Notes under the pieces: generated by a model
What the model was told of the DNA's origin: nothing
The model's input: the letters and a program-made list of their open reading frames with translations, nothing else
The model's database searches: none
Origin: a virus
Taxonomy: Duplodnaviria; Heunggongvirae; Uroviricota; Caudoviricetes
Strand: one strand, 5' to 3'
DNA: 64,000 nt
IMG/VR virus record: IMGVR_UViG_3300046820_001896
In this document: piece after piece, positions 26,239 to 35,205 of the stretch
How positions within the stretch are numbered: the stretch's first letter is position 1
Layout: every line of letters starts with the position of its first letter
Translations under genes and position numbers: made by a program

Positions 26239-26396
26239 CAGACTTCGAACAAGATTGCCTCCATCATTATGGGAAGATCCTCATAGGCAAGTACAAACAT
26301 TATTGCTGTGAATGGGATTTCTTACCCATAGACGAAACATGTCAAGAATTCTTTGCATGCACATGCTTTGATGATAAGGAATCTAATGTCAGATAG
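26235..26396 (+). CDS. small Cys-rich protein (53 aa)
   Basis: AAGGAGAG RBS; ATGA overlap. Below the track's length threshold. Confidence 0.3.
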   Translation: MTDFEQDCLHHYGKILIGKYKHYCCEWDFLPIDETCQEFFACTCFDDKESNVR

Positions 26397-26527
26397 AAAG
26401 AACAGAGACATAGGCAACAAAAGAGAACATCAAAAGAATAAGCCACAATGTGATTGTTGGTTATGTCGAGAAGGTAAGACAAAAAAGCGTGTCATAAGGG
26501 ATAAGGACATAAGAAAGGAACTCGGTT

Positions 26528-26719
26528 ATGCAAGAATCGGACTCAATAACATATAAGTGTATAGAATGTGGTAATGATGCCACATGGATTAGATCAACAC
26601 AATTTGCAGGGGATCATCCATTTTGTGAGGAACATGCAAAGCAAGAGGAAGGATTTGGTATAAACGACTCATATGAGTATTGGTACCAGATAGAAACAAA
26701 GGTTCTAGGTAGCAACTGA
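26528..26719 (+). CDS. small zinc-ribbon protein (63 aa)
   Basis: CIECG...CEEH. Confidence 0.35.
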   Translation: MQESDSITYKCIECGNDATWIRSTQFAGDHPFCEEHAKQEEGFGINDSYEYWYQIETKVLGSN

Positions 26720-26852
26720 AGCTCGCTCCCATGCCATCCTGTGAAATAAAGGGATTAAATGAGTAGTCCCCAGAGCCAAGAAGACCCGTGTAAGCCAATG
26801 ATCTGTATAGACAAATAATACTGTACTGAAACGGTAGACTACTCAAATAAAC

Positions 26853-26882
26853 ATGTACAAGGGGCTGTGGGTGTGGTATTAT
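26853..26882 (+). promoter_or_regulatory. middle-type promoter ATGTACAA-N16-TATTAT
   Basis: Motif match. Confidence 0.45.
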
Positions 26883-26915
26883 CTATCCATAGATTGAATA
26901 ACATAAGGATAGTAA

Positions 26916-27839
26916 ATGACTCAAGTTTCTGTAATGATCGCCTTTGACAAGGCTGCTGGCAAGTTCAAGTGTTCTATTAATGGTCAGAAGTTTACCACGA
27001 CCAAACAGTCTTACATCGAATACATGTTCAAGCAAATCACTGGTCAAAAGCGTACATTCAAAGACATCGAGGCAATGCAAAAAGCCACTGTTGAGAAGTT
27101 TGGCATCAACGAACGATTTGGTTTCGTGGAGAAGATCGTAGGCATGGTCGCCACTGGCATCCAGCCATCTACAGTGATCACCGGTCAAGGTGGTTTGGGC
27201 AAGACATACACTGTCATGAAGACTCTCAAGGCTTCTGGTCTCCAAGACTACAATGAATTAATCCAACGTTTGCCTTCTGGCTCTACGATCCAAATGTCTA
27301 AGGTGTATGTCACTGTCAAAGGTTACTCTACTCCTAAGGGTTTGTACCGTACTCTGTTCGAGAATCAGAATGCAACCATTGTGTTCGATGACTGTGATTC
27401 TATCCTCAAAGACCCTGTTGCCCTTAACTTGCTCAAAGGTGCTTTGGACTCCTATGGCAAGCGCATCATCTCTTGGAATGCAGAGTCCTTTGGCAAGGAC
27501 GACGAGTTGCCACGTAGCTTCGAGTTCAAAGGTCGTGTAGTGTTCATCTCTAACATGGACCAAGACAAGATTGACCAGGCAATCCGTAGTCGTTCTATGA
27601 TGATTGACTTGTCCATGACAGACGATCAGAAAATCGACCGTATGGCTCACATTGCAGACAGCGAAGAATTCATGCCAGAATACGACGCTAAAGTCAAGTC
27701 CGATTCACTTGCTCTGATCCGCGAAGTTAAAGACGATGCTAAAGAAATCAGTCTCCGTACTTTGATCAGTGTTTGTAAGATCCGCGCAGCTAACCCTGTG
27801 GACTACAAAGACCTCGCAACTTACATCTTGACTAACTAA
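26916..27839 (+). CDS. P-loop NTPase / AAA-family ATPase
   Basis: Walker A GQGGLGKTY, Walker B IVFDDCD, sensor-like SN. Confidence 0.6.
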   Translation: MTQVSVMIAFDKAAGKFKCSINGQKFTTTKQSYIEYMFKQITGQKRTFKDIEAMQKATVEKFGINERFGFVEKIVGMVATGIQPSTVITGQGGLGKTYTVMKTLKASGLQDYNELIQRLPSGSTIQMSKVYVTVKGYSTPKGLYRTLFENQNATIVFDDCDSILKDPVALNLLKGALDSYGKRIISWNAESFGKDDELPRSFEFKGRVVFISNMDQDKIDQAIRSRSMMIDLSMTDDQKIDRMAHIADSEEFMPEYDAKVKSDSLALIREVKDDAKEISLRTLISVCKIRAANPVDYKDLATYILTN

Positions 27840-28000
27840 TTGGGAGTTTTTATGTTGACAGACAAAGAGATATGCGACCTCAGGGATGAGATCCAGATCA
27901 TGATTATTCAGAAGGTCCAGGAGAGACTCGATCCGAACTTGTCTATTGATGAATGTGTCGAGCAGACAGACGAGATCATGGACTTTATTAAGGAGATGAT

Positions 28001-28195
28001 GTGAAGCTGTTCAGGGAGACGACTAAGGATTGGCAGCAGCCTACCCCCAATCATGCCTATGTACTGTCAGATGACAAACAGTGGATGTATGGGTATGTCA
28101 AGGCTGGTACACGGGACCTGATCACCCTCTCCAAGAGGATTAGGTTTGATGCCAGGTACAGGACATTTGTAGCATTAAAGAAAGGACAAATATGA
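28001..28195 (+). CDS. hypothetical protein (64 aa), GTG start
   Basis: AGGAG RBS 5 nt upstream of the GTG. Confidence 0.35.
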   Translation: MKLFRETTKDWQQPTPNHAYVLSDDKQWMYGYVKAGTRDLITLSKRIRFDARYRTFVALKKGQI

Positions 28196-28325
28196 AACTA
28201 TTCAATGCAGTGACAGACATGATCCAGGCACGGATGTACATGTGTCTATTAGGAGTAATCATTGTTGTGGTAGGGATGCTCTCCCCACAATTAGCGCTTA
28301 AGTGTGTACAGACAGGAGTCAACAG

Positions 28326-28520
28326 ATGAAGAAATACACAGCATCCACCAGATGGACACAACCGTATCATTACATCACCGGATGGAGAAAACGTCAGACC
28401 ATCAATAGAGTATTAGATGATCTACATACACAGCAACTAGACTTCATTGATGCAGCAGTAGATCAGTCAGATTTGTCAGATGCAAAGACAATCATTGCTC
28501 ATATCATGCAGAAACAATAG
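28326..28520 (+). CDS. hypothetical protein (64 aa), start revised to MKKYTAST
   Basis: ATGA overlap with the small membrane ORF at 28192-28329. Confidence 0.35.
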   Translation: MKKYTASTRWTQPYHYITGWRKRQTINRVLDDLHTQQLDFIDAAVDQSDLSDAKTIIAHIMQKQ

Positions 28521-28531
28521 TATACAGGCAG

Positions 28532-28565
28532 GGGTACCTATAGGAAACTAAGGTACCCTTTTATT
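28532..28565 (+). terminator. rho-independent terminator
   Basis: GGGTACCT-loop-AGGTACCC followed by TTTTATT. Confidence 0.6.
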
Positions 28566-28981
28566 AAGGTTCCATATTAATAGGAGACCATCTATAAGTT
28601 ACATACTCGGTTAAACCGTTGTCGTCCGTCACAAAGACAAAAAATAAAAAATTCCCCCCATGGGCAGAATATCCCCAGGATGTCAGTCCCTTCCAAGGAT
28701 GAACAGTAACCAATTATCTTTTTCCAGATAATTACAGATAATTCGCCATAGAAAAATTCCCCCCAGGGTTTATCCCTTCTCCTGGGGGTAATACTGTATC
28801 CAAGAGATTAATACTATACAACCTTCACATTGTTCCCCCCTTAGGTTGTTTGTTTCTCATGATACAGAATGTATCCCATTGTATACAGAATACTGCAGTT
28901 TGTATACTATAAGAAACAATATTGTATCATTAATGAGTCCCTAAGCTACTTAATGACTACTATATGATCCATTACAATACC

Positions 28982-29011
28982 ATGTACAACAATATATTTC
29001 TATGGTATAAT
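28982..29011 (+). promoter_or_regulatory. middle-type promoter ATGTACAA-N16-TATAAT
   Basis: Motif match. Confidence 0.5.
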
Positions 29012-29112
29012 ATAACCATCAGTAAAAAACCGGCGGGAACCCCTTAGCAGGATATATGTCTGATTTATTAGAGCGTCGTGGGGGTCCTCTGCCTAATTAT
29101 TAAGGAGTGCGC

Positions 29113-29343
29113 GTGGGATATATTACAGTAAACGTAGATGTGGATGTAGATCTATATGACATCGATACAGAAGACTTAAGGGAAGAGTTAGAGCGTCGTG
29201 GGGGCTCTCTGTCTGATAATGATTGGGAGGACGGCGATAATAAGAACTTGCTCAATATCATCTATGAATCTCGAAGATTAGGGAAAGACTATCAAAAAGA
29301 ACTAGATACCTTAATCTTTAGGGTATTAGGGAGAATCATATAA
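29113..29343 (+). CDS. hypothetical acidic protein (~76 aa), GTG start
   Basis: AAGGAG RBS. An upstream partial duplicate of its LERRGG-coding segment is present. Confidence 0.4.
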   Translation: MGYITVNVDVDVDLYDIDTEDLREELERRGGSLSDNDWEDGDNKNLLNIIYESRRLGKDYQKELDTLIFRVLGRII

Positions 29344-29344
29344 T

Positions 29345-29372
29345 AAAAAAGGGACCTTTCGGTCCCTTTCTA
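29345..29372. terminator. bidirectional terminator between convergent operons
   Basis: AAAAAA-GGGACC-TTTC-GGTCCC-TTTCT. Confidence 0.65.
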
Positions 29373-29433
29373 ATATCCAGGAATATTTTTCCCGTCTGTC
29401 TTTGGTAAGTTATCTAAAAACTTCCTAATCTTC

Positions 29434-31176
29434 TTAACGTGCGCCACGAGCCATTGCATCTTCTGGATCCCATTTAGTTGTACGTGCTGTGAGTGGAACA
29501 ATCTGAGGTTGGCTATACTTACCTCCCTCTGGACGTGCTCTATCAAAGCTTGGGCGGCGACCTTCTGCCATGGCTTGAACGTTTGCCTCAGCTCTTGATA
29601 CCTCAGCAACAGTAGTACCTTGAACGTTCTTACTTTGAACATTACTTAGTTCGGCGGCCGCAGGTGGTTGAGGAGCAGCTATCGGTGCTTTACCTACTGT
29701 AGCACCATTCACCGTCATTTGTCCACCCGCTTGTGCAAAGGCAGTCATTCTAACCCATGGGAATTCATTGATTGCCTTCATACTATCAGGACTAATCGCA
29801 GCAAACTTAGCCATCGCATCAGCAATTCTACTTAGACCTTCAGCAGTTTTTAATAAACCATCACCAGCTCTTGATAACTTTAAAATCTGATCAACAGGAG
29901 AATCTTGACCAATAGTTAATAGGTTAGAGATTAATGTGCCTAAACCTGCTGCTGCTTGACCTACGGCGAATGCAGCCATAGCAGCACCTAATGCACCAAG
30001 TGCACCAGCTGTAGTTAATAATCCTGTTCCATCTACCTTAGCAAGTCTTTCTAGACCAGCTGTAAATGTGTCCATTGTTCCTGCGACTACTTCAAATGCC
30101 TTCGCAGCAATATACAATGCACCAGCAACAGCGATCATGGCCGCAGCACCAAGTAATGCAACAGGTGCAGTTGCGCCTAATAATAACACTGCTGCTACTA
30201 ATCCGCCTAATACTACAACACCTTTAGCTATACCTTCCCAATCAAGAGCAGCAAACTTACCCATTGATTCGCTTAAGATAAACATCGCACCTGCAACAGC
30301 TAAGATTGTTAATGCGCCTGTGGCTCCGTTCATTAGTTTAGTAGCGATAGCCAATGCACCTAATACTACAATACCTTTAGCTACTTCTGACCAATCTAAT
30401 TTACTAAACTGTCTAAATGATTCTGCTAAGATAAGCATAGCACCACCGATTGCTAAGAGTGGTTTCCAACTATCTTTACCGTTTCCTTTACCAATTACAG
30501 CACCAGCAACAGTTAATGCACCAAGGGTTAATAATCCCTTAGACATATCTGACCATGAAAGTTTACTAAAATCACCAAATGCTTTTGCTAAGACCCAAAT
30601 TGCAGCAGCCATAGCAAGTAAACCTTTACCTGCATTGAACATGCCTTCGCCAAGATCTTTCATCATGGAGCCGAAGTTACCCTTCTTAGCATCCTTCTCT
30701 TTATCACCCTTCATAGCTTTTGCTTGAGGAGATTCTTTAGGATTTTGAAGCGCAGCAAGGATAGCTTCGTTATGCTTTGTCTGTTCAGCAGTTAATTCTT
30801 TTTGTTTTAGTCTATCTGCTTCAGCCGCTTCATGCATGGCTTTCATACTTTCTGCAGAGTCAACCATTTCATTGTTGATTTTCTGCAAAGCATAGTTAGA
30901 ACTAGTCGCTAAGTCTAATATTGCGTCTTGATGTTCGCGAATAAATCCAGCTAAAACAACAAGATTATCGTTAAAAGCTTTAGTATTATAAGCAGTAGCC
31001 CAAGTTTCAGATGCTATGGAAGCTATATTTGTTTTTATATCTTCAGCAATACTTTTTAAAGAAGCATTACGCTCATCATCTTTTGGCTGTGCCTCGATCA
31101 TGAGCGCATTGGTTTTTTGCACCTCTTGAATAAGAGCTGCAATATTTTCTTTAGACGTTACGTACTTGGTTGCCAT
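29434..31176 (-). CDS. tail tube tape-measure / baseplate hub protein (gp29-like)
   Basis: 580 aa (T4 gp29 is 590 aa). About five tandem ~45-aa hydrophobic repeats (F.KL.W...AKG...LGAL). Coiled-coil N-terminus. Position next to hub genes. Confidence 0.6.
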   Translation of the reverse strand: MATKYVTSKENIAALIQEVQKTNALMIEAQPKDDERNASLKSIAEDIKTNIASIASETWATAYNTKAFNDNLVVLAGFIREHQDAILDLATSSNYALQKINNEMVDSAESMKAMHEAAEADRLKQKELTAEQTKHNEAILAALQNPKESPQAKAMKGDKEKDAKKGNFGSMMKDLGEGMFNAGKGLLAMAAAIWVLAKAFGDFSKLSWSDMSKGLLTLGALTVAGAVIGKGNGKDSWKPLLAIGGAMLILAESFRQFSKLDWSEVAKGIVVLGALAIATKLMNGATGALTILAVAGAMFILSESMGKFAALDWEGIAKGVVVLGGLVAAVLLLGATAPVALLGAAAMIAVAGALYIAAKAFEVVAGTMDTFTAGLERLAKVDGTGLLTTAGALGALGAAMAAFAVGQAAAGLGTLISNLLTIGQDSPVDQILKLSRAGDGLLKTAEGLSRIADAMAKFAAISPDSMKAINEFPWVRMTAFAQAGGQMTVNGATVGKAPIAAPQPPAAAELSNVQSKNVQGTTVAEVSRAEANVQAMAEGRRPSFDRARPEGGKYSQPQIVPLTARTTKWDPEDAMARGAR

Positions 31177-31177
31177 A

Positions 31178-31627
31178 TTAACTTACCTTTGGTGGTACTG
31201 CAATAACTGGTGGTGGTTTTGCCACCGCTGGTGCAGCCACTGATGGTACAGCTACAGATGGTACAGACACTGATGGTGCTGGAACTGCAGGTGTTACTGA
31301 TGGAGTTACTGGAGTTGGAACTGCTGCACCACCATTATTAGCACCACCTAATTTTTCTTGTGTACGACCATAAGCTGCGATACCAAGGATTGCACCCATA
31401 GCCATATGGAAAAGTCCTGCGCCTTGTAAAGTAATAGGCGACCATTGTGTTTCAACTTTTCCACCACCAATAACTTGAACTAAAGACCAAAGAATAGGGA
31501 ATAAAACAAAGTCGGCTGTACAAACAACCATGTACATCCATCCCATCATTGGACGCCATTTGCTGTTCATCCAATCTTCTTTTTTCTTTTCGCTTTCGCT
31601 CATTTGTGGTTTGACTTCTTCTGTCAT
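31178..31627 (-). CDS. 3-TM membrane protein, DUF3154/GTA-holin-3TM-like, adjacent to tape measure
   Basis: KWRP..GW motif followed by TM helices; Pro/Val/Ala-rich C-terminus. Confidence 0.4.
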   Translation of the reverse strand: MTEEVKPQMSESEKKKEDWMNSKWRPMMGWMYMVVCTADFVLFPILWSLVQVIGGGKVETQWSPITLQGAGLFHMAMGAILGIAAYGRTQEKLGGANNGGAAVPTPVTPSVTPAVPAPSVSVPSVAVPSVAAPAVAKPPPVIAVPPKVS

Positions 31628-31830
31628 ATTAGTTTCCTACATCTTTCCGTATTTGGAATTTACTTGTTTTATTCTATCATTTTCTTCTTTAACATATTCA
31701 ACTAACATAGCAACGTAAACTTCTCTCTCCCATGGCAACATCTCGTTCAATTCAGTCAAACTATACTTGTGATGTTGCATCATAATGAAATTACCTCGAT
31801 AATGGTTAGCGAGGTCGTCATGTGAGAGAG

Positions 31831-32553
31831 CTATGCGAAAAAATGCTGCAAACCTTCGACAGTGATGTCGTTGTCTGAGCCACATTTCTCACATTTAAAA
31901 CTAACCTGATGGGATAGTTTTGGAATCGATACGAAGAATTCTTGGATCTTAGCAAACTGCTGAGAGTTTAATGAATCAATAAATTCTTCAATATCTTTTT
32001 TCTGCATATCTTTTGCTTGATAAACGTTCTCTGTATCAAAGATTGATTCTACACAAGCAGTAATAATATTAAATGTTGTCTTAATATCACTTGAATCAGA
32101 GGACATAGTCTTAGACACATCTTCTGAGTTTGGATATTTAAGTGTAATACCAACTGTATCTGTCAACATAATCTTTGGATCAACTTTCTCACCAAATTTA
32201 ATCTCAACATCATTCAAGTTGATAGTAACATTATTAGTAGTTTTACATTCTCCGCACTCATAACCAACCGTAGATGTTTCACCTACAGATTTAGCACGAA
32301 GCTTTAAGAATAATAATTCTAATTCAGATGTTGGTAATGCTTTGATGTTTAGTTCACCAAATGTACATGTACCAATAACTTCTTGAATTGTCTTAAGGAT
32401 ATGTTTTTGATCCTTAGACTCTAACGCCATCATTAATAGTTTTTCTTCCTTAACTAAGTAAGGACGATATGAAACCGTTTTCTTTGAAATCGGCAATTCA
32501 ACTTCATATTTCGGTGTGTTTAAAATAATAGGTAAAGACATAATATACTCCAA
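31831..32553 (-). CDS. baseplate hub-region protein with two CxxC zinc-ribbon motifs (gp51/gp26 position)
   Basis: CGECK...CEKCG; 240 aa; synteny with the T4 26-51-27-28-29 block. Confidence 0.35.
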   Translation of the reverse strand: MEYIMSLPIILNTPKYEVELPISKKTVSYRPYLVKEEKLLMMALESKDQKHILKTIQEVIGTCTFGELNIKALPTSELELLFLKLRAKSVGETSTVGYECGECKTTNNVTINLNDVEIKFGEKVDPKIMLTDTVGITLKYPNSEDVSKTMSSDSSDIKTTFNIITACVESIFDTENVYQAKDMQKKDIEEFIDSLNSQQFAKIQEFFVSIPKLSHQVSFKCEKCGSDNDITVEGLQHFFA

Positions 32554-32559
32554 TAAAAA

Positions 32560-33210
32560 TTAAAAACCAAATGTTTTTCCAACTGATCCAAGAAGCACTT
32601 TGCCTTTGGATAGAATAGATTCTACAAAACCCTCTTCATACCAATCATCGTACGCTAGGGTAATTTGCATACGTTGTGTTTGATTCTCACCGCTATTAGT
32701 TACTTCATAACCTGCAATAGTAGTAGGAAATGCATTGCGTAATGTACATGTGTAAACAGGAACATCGCGTTGATCCAATTGCTGGATAATAACATCCGTA
32801 GCATATTGAGACTTATATTTAATTGTCATCGAACGACGGTCAACGATCTGATTAAACCACTTTTCGAAATACTTTTTCATAAAGTGGTCATTTGTAATAT
32901 GGAATGAGAATGTAACATCATCATTCATATATGTGTATGGCATCTTTACAGCCAATAAGTTATTCTGTAAATCATTAGTTGCAATTTGGCGACCTGGCAT
33001 TGTCACTGAATCACACAAAATTGATACATCTCGTGGATCATTGATACCCAATAAACCACCACCAGTGTTTGCGCCTTGGTCAAATACTTTTGCAATTAGA
33101 TCTTGTGGATCAAAACTAATTAATGGCAATGCCATGTAGACTGCAAAACGGTTTTGCGGAGCTAGTCCACCGCGTTTGCTAATTACTGATTTAAACTTGT
33201 CGATTTGCAT
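32560..33210 (-). CDS. virion/baseplate protein (216 aa)
   Basis: Contiguous with hub genes; C-terminal beta-rich segment. Confidence 0.4.
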   Translation of the reverse strand: MQIDKFKSVISKRGGLAPQNRFAVYMALPLISFDPQDLIAKVFDQGANTGGGLLGINDPRDVSILCDSVTMPGRQIATNDLQNNLLAVKMPYTYMNDDVTFSFHITNDHFMKKYFEKWFNQIVDRRSMTIKYKSQYATDVIIQQLDQRDVPVYTCTLRNAFPTTIAGYEVTNSGENQTQRMQITLAYDDWYEEGFVESILSKGKVLLGSVGKTFGF

Positions 33211-33812
33211 TATGCTCTGTATCCTGTAACCATTTGTTTAGATTCTCTCCAAACTTTGGTCTTATTTGCACCAACGAACTTTTCAGTTGGTAAAAAGATG
33301 GCAATTTCCCATTCAGATGAAGGAATTAACATAATCCTAGAATCGACTTGGGAGAACAAGTATTTTTTAAAGCACGGTCTAAACCATCTAAACTTTGCTG
33401 CAGAATTTAAGATATTATAATTAATTTTAAACTTTGTAGTCTCGTCATAATTGTCATTATTATTGGTTAACATTAAATTATCCAATAAACGAGCTCGTGG
33501 TGCTGGAGCAATATAATGTAAATTCATGCCATAGAATCCGCCTTCTGCAGGCGCTACGGCAACGATCAAAGGAAAACGGTCAAAATATGGTAATGTATCT
33601 TTATTCAATGCATCATAAATGAAATGATACATGAAACCTGGTCTGAATTTTGTTTTTCTGATGAAGTGTGGATCTTTTAGGAATTGCAACGAATTGATGT
33701 TGCCCTTAAGACTTTTTACCTTCTCGCCAAACCATTTTTTAGATGCATTAGAACGTTCAGGCACTGTCATGCCTTTGCGCATCTTGTCGAATAAACTTGT
33801 TGTTGTAGCCAT
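33210..33812 (-). CDS. virion structural protein (200 aa)
   Basis: Contiguous; start overlaps the upstream stop. Confidence 0.4.
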   Translation of the reverse strand: MATTTSLFDKMRKGMTVPERSNASKKWFGEKVKSLKGNINSLQFLKDPHFIRKTKFRPGFMYHFIYDALNKDTLPYFDRFPLIVAVAPAEGGFYGMNLHYIAPAPRARLLDNLMLTNNNDNYDETTKFKINYNILNSAAKFRWFRPCFKKYLFSQVDSRIMLIPSSEWEIAIFLPTEKFVGANKTKVWRESKQMVTGYRA

Positions 33813-33820
33813 ACTTCTAT

Positions 33821-34264
33821 TTATGTAAGTAATCTGATGCCCATGGATTTAATTGTGTCTTCAGTCCAAATAACAAATTGCCAATTACGGTCATTTGCGT
33901 AGTCTGTAGCAGCTTTCCATTTGCATTGATTTTTAACGAATGTTCTAGCTTCCTCTAAATACTTTTTGGTTTGTCTAGAAGGTTTCTTTGGAGGTAGTGT
34001 TTGAGACTTTGGTTTAATCTCTACTAGGAATGTGCCTTGGGCAGTAGTGTACTTGACATCAACAAAGTATCGATGCCATTTTTTATCTAGTGGGAGATAA
34101 TAAGGCACAACTATCTCCTCAGAACTCCATTTAAGGACCTGATCATTTGAGTCGCACCATCGAAATACTTGCATCTCCCAATGGGATCTGTAGACGACAT
34201 TCTTAAAATCGCCATCATATTTCGCAGGGTTCTTCACCCTATAAAAACCTTTGTAAGTTGCCAT
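33821..34264 (-). CDS. PD-(D/E)xK-like small protein (147 aa), possibly head-completion gp4-like
   Basis: D...EIKP motif (FVDVKY...FLVEIKP). The size equals T4 gp4 and the position is next to the baseplate genes. Confidence 0.35.
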   Translation of the reverse strand: MATYKGFYRVKNPAKYDGDFKNVVYRSHWEMQVFRWCDSNDQVLKWSSEEIVVPYYLPLDKKWHRYFVDVKYTTAQGTFLVEIKPKSQTLPPKKPSRQTKKYLEEARTFVKNQCKWKAATDYANDRNWQFVIWTEDTIKSMGIRLLT

Positions 34265-34271
34265 ATAAATA
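34264..34271 (+). promoter_or_regulatory. late promoter TATAAATA
   Basis: Exact match 34 nt upstream of 34305. Confidence 0.5.
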
Positions 34272-34304
34272 CTAGAAAGAGAAATTTCACCTTATAGGGT
34301 ATCT

Positions 34305-35204
34305 ATGGCAATTCTTACAGATCTAGTTGGCAGTGTAAAGTCAACAATTACTAAAATTTTAGGTGTCGACCTATTCACAAATCCATTTGGAGCTCAGGTA
34401 AGTTACCGATATCCTCTTGGAGACGTGGCAAAATATGAGAACGTTATTAAGTTTTCAGCTTTAGCTCGTGTGAAGAAAAGCAGTGTAGTAGATGTGCGAG
34501 TTCCTAAGCTAGCTGAAAAGCCATTAGGAAGTGTTACACTATACATGCCAGCTGGTGTTTCAGTTAATGATAACTTATCATACGATAATGCTGATACAGG
34601 TCTTGGCGGTATGGCACTTAATGCAGCAGGTTCATCAGCAAACCCTGGTGAATTTATTGATAAAGTAAAAGAAAACGCTAAACCACTTGCTCAAACAGCA
34701 GTTATTGCTGGTCTAAGCAGATTATCCCAAGAAAAAGGTTTAGGCGGTGCAGCTCAACAAGCACAAATTAATGCTGGTGTTGTTGCTAACCCTCACACTC
34801 AAATGTTGTTTAAGACTCCTGCGCTTAGACAGTTTACATATAGTTTTAAGATGATCCCTCGTTCACAAGCAGAAGCTCGTGAAATTATTAAGATTGTACA
34901 ATTTTTCCGTATTGCTGCATATCCAGAACTTGGTGGCGGTGGTGGTGATACTAGTGGAGAAGGTACTCTTGAAATGGCAACGTTCAAGTTCCCAGATATT
35001 TTCGAAATCACTTATTTAAATAGAGGTGTTGAAAACGAAAATATGATTGCTGTTATGAATTCATATCTTACTTCTGTTACTGTAACATATAACACAAATA
35101 GTCCAACATTCCATAAAGATGGTATGCCAGCTGAAGTTGATTTACAGCTTACATTCCAAGAATCTAAAGCACTCAACAGAGCGCTTATCAAAAAAGGTTA
35201 CTAA
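34305..35204 (+). CDS. baseplate tail-tube junction protein, gp48/gp54 (gp19-fold) family-like
   Basis: 299 aa. C-terminal ...PAEVDLQLTFQE is typical of the gp19/48/54 family. Located upstream of gp27/gp5. Confidence 0.5.
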   Translation: MAILTDLVGSVKSTITKILGVDLFTNPFGAQVSYRYPLGDVAKYENVIKFSALARVKKSSVVDVRVPKLAEKPLGSVTLYMPAGVSVNDNLSYDNADTGLGGMALNAAGSSANPGEFIDKVKENAKPLAQTAVIAGLSRLSQEKGLGGAAQQAQINAGVVANPHTQMLFKTPALRQFTYSFKMIPRSQAEAREIIKIVQFFRIAAYPELGGGGGDTSGEGTLEMATFKFPDIFEITYLNRGVENENMIAVMNSYLTSVTVTYNTNSPTFHKDGMPAEVDLQLTFQESKALNRALIKKGY

Positions 35205-35205
35205 A

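Noticed and set aside
30068-30727. 219-aa plus-strand ORF inside the tape-measure gene
   Set aside because: It is antisense to the Gly/Ala-rich repeats; the minus-strand ORF has the repeat structure and the synteny.
33821-34264. Firm assignment as head-completion gp4
   Set aside because: Only size, neighbourhood and a PD-(D/E)xK-like motif support it, and the neighbouring hub operon deviates from T4 order, so it is kept as a low-confidence call.
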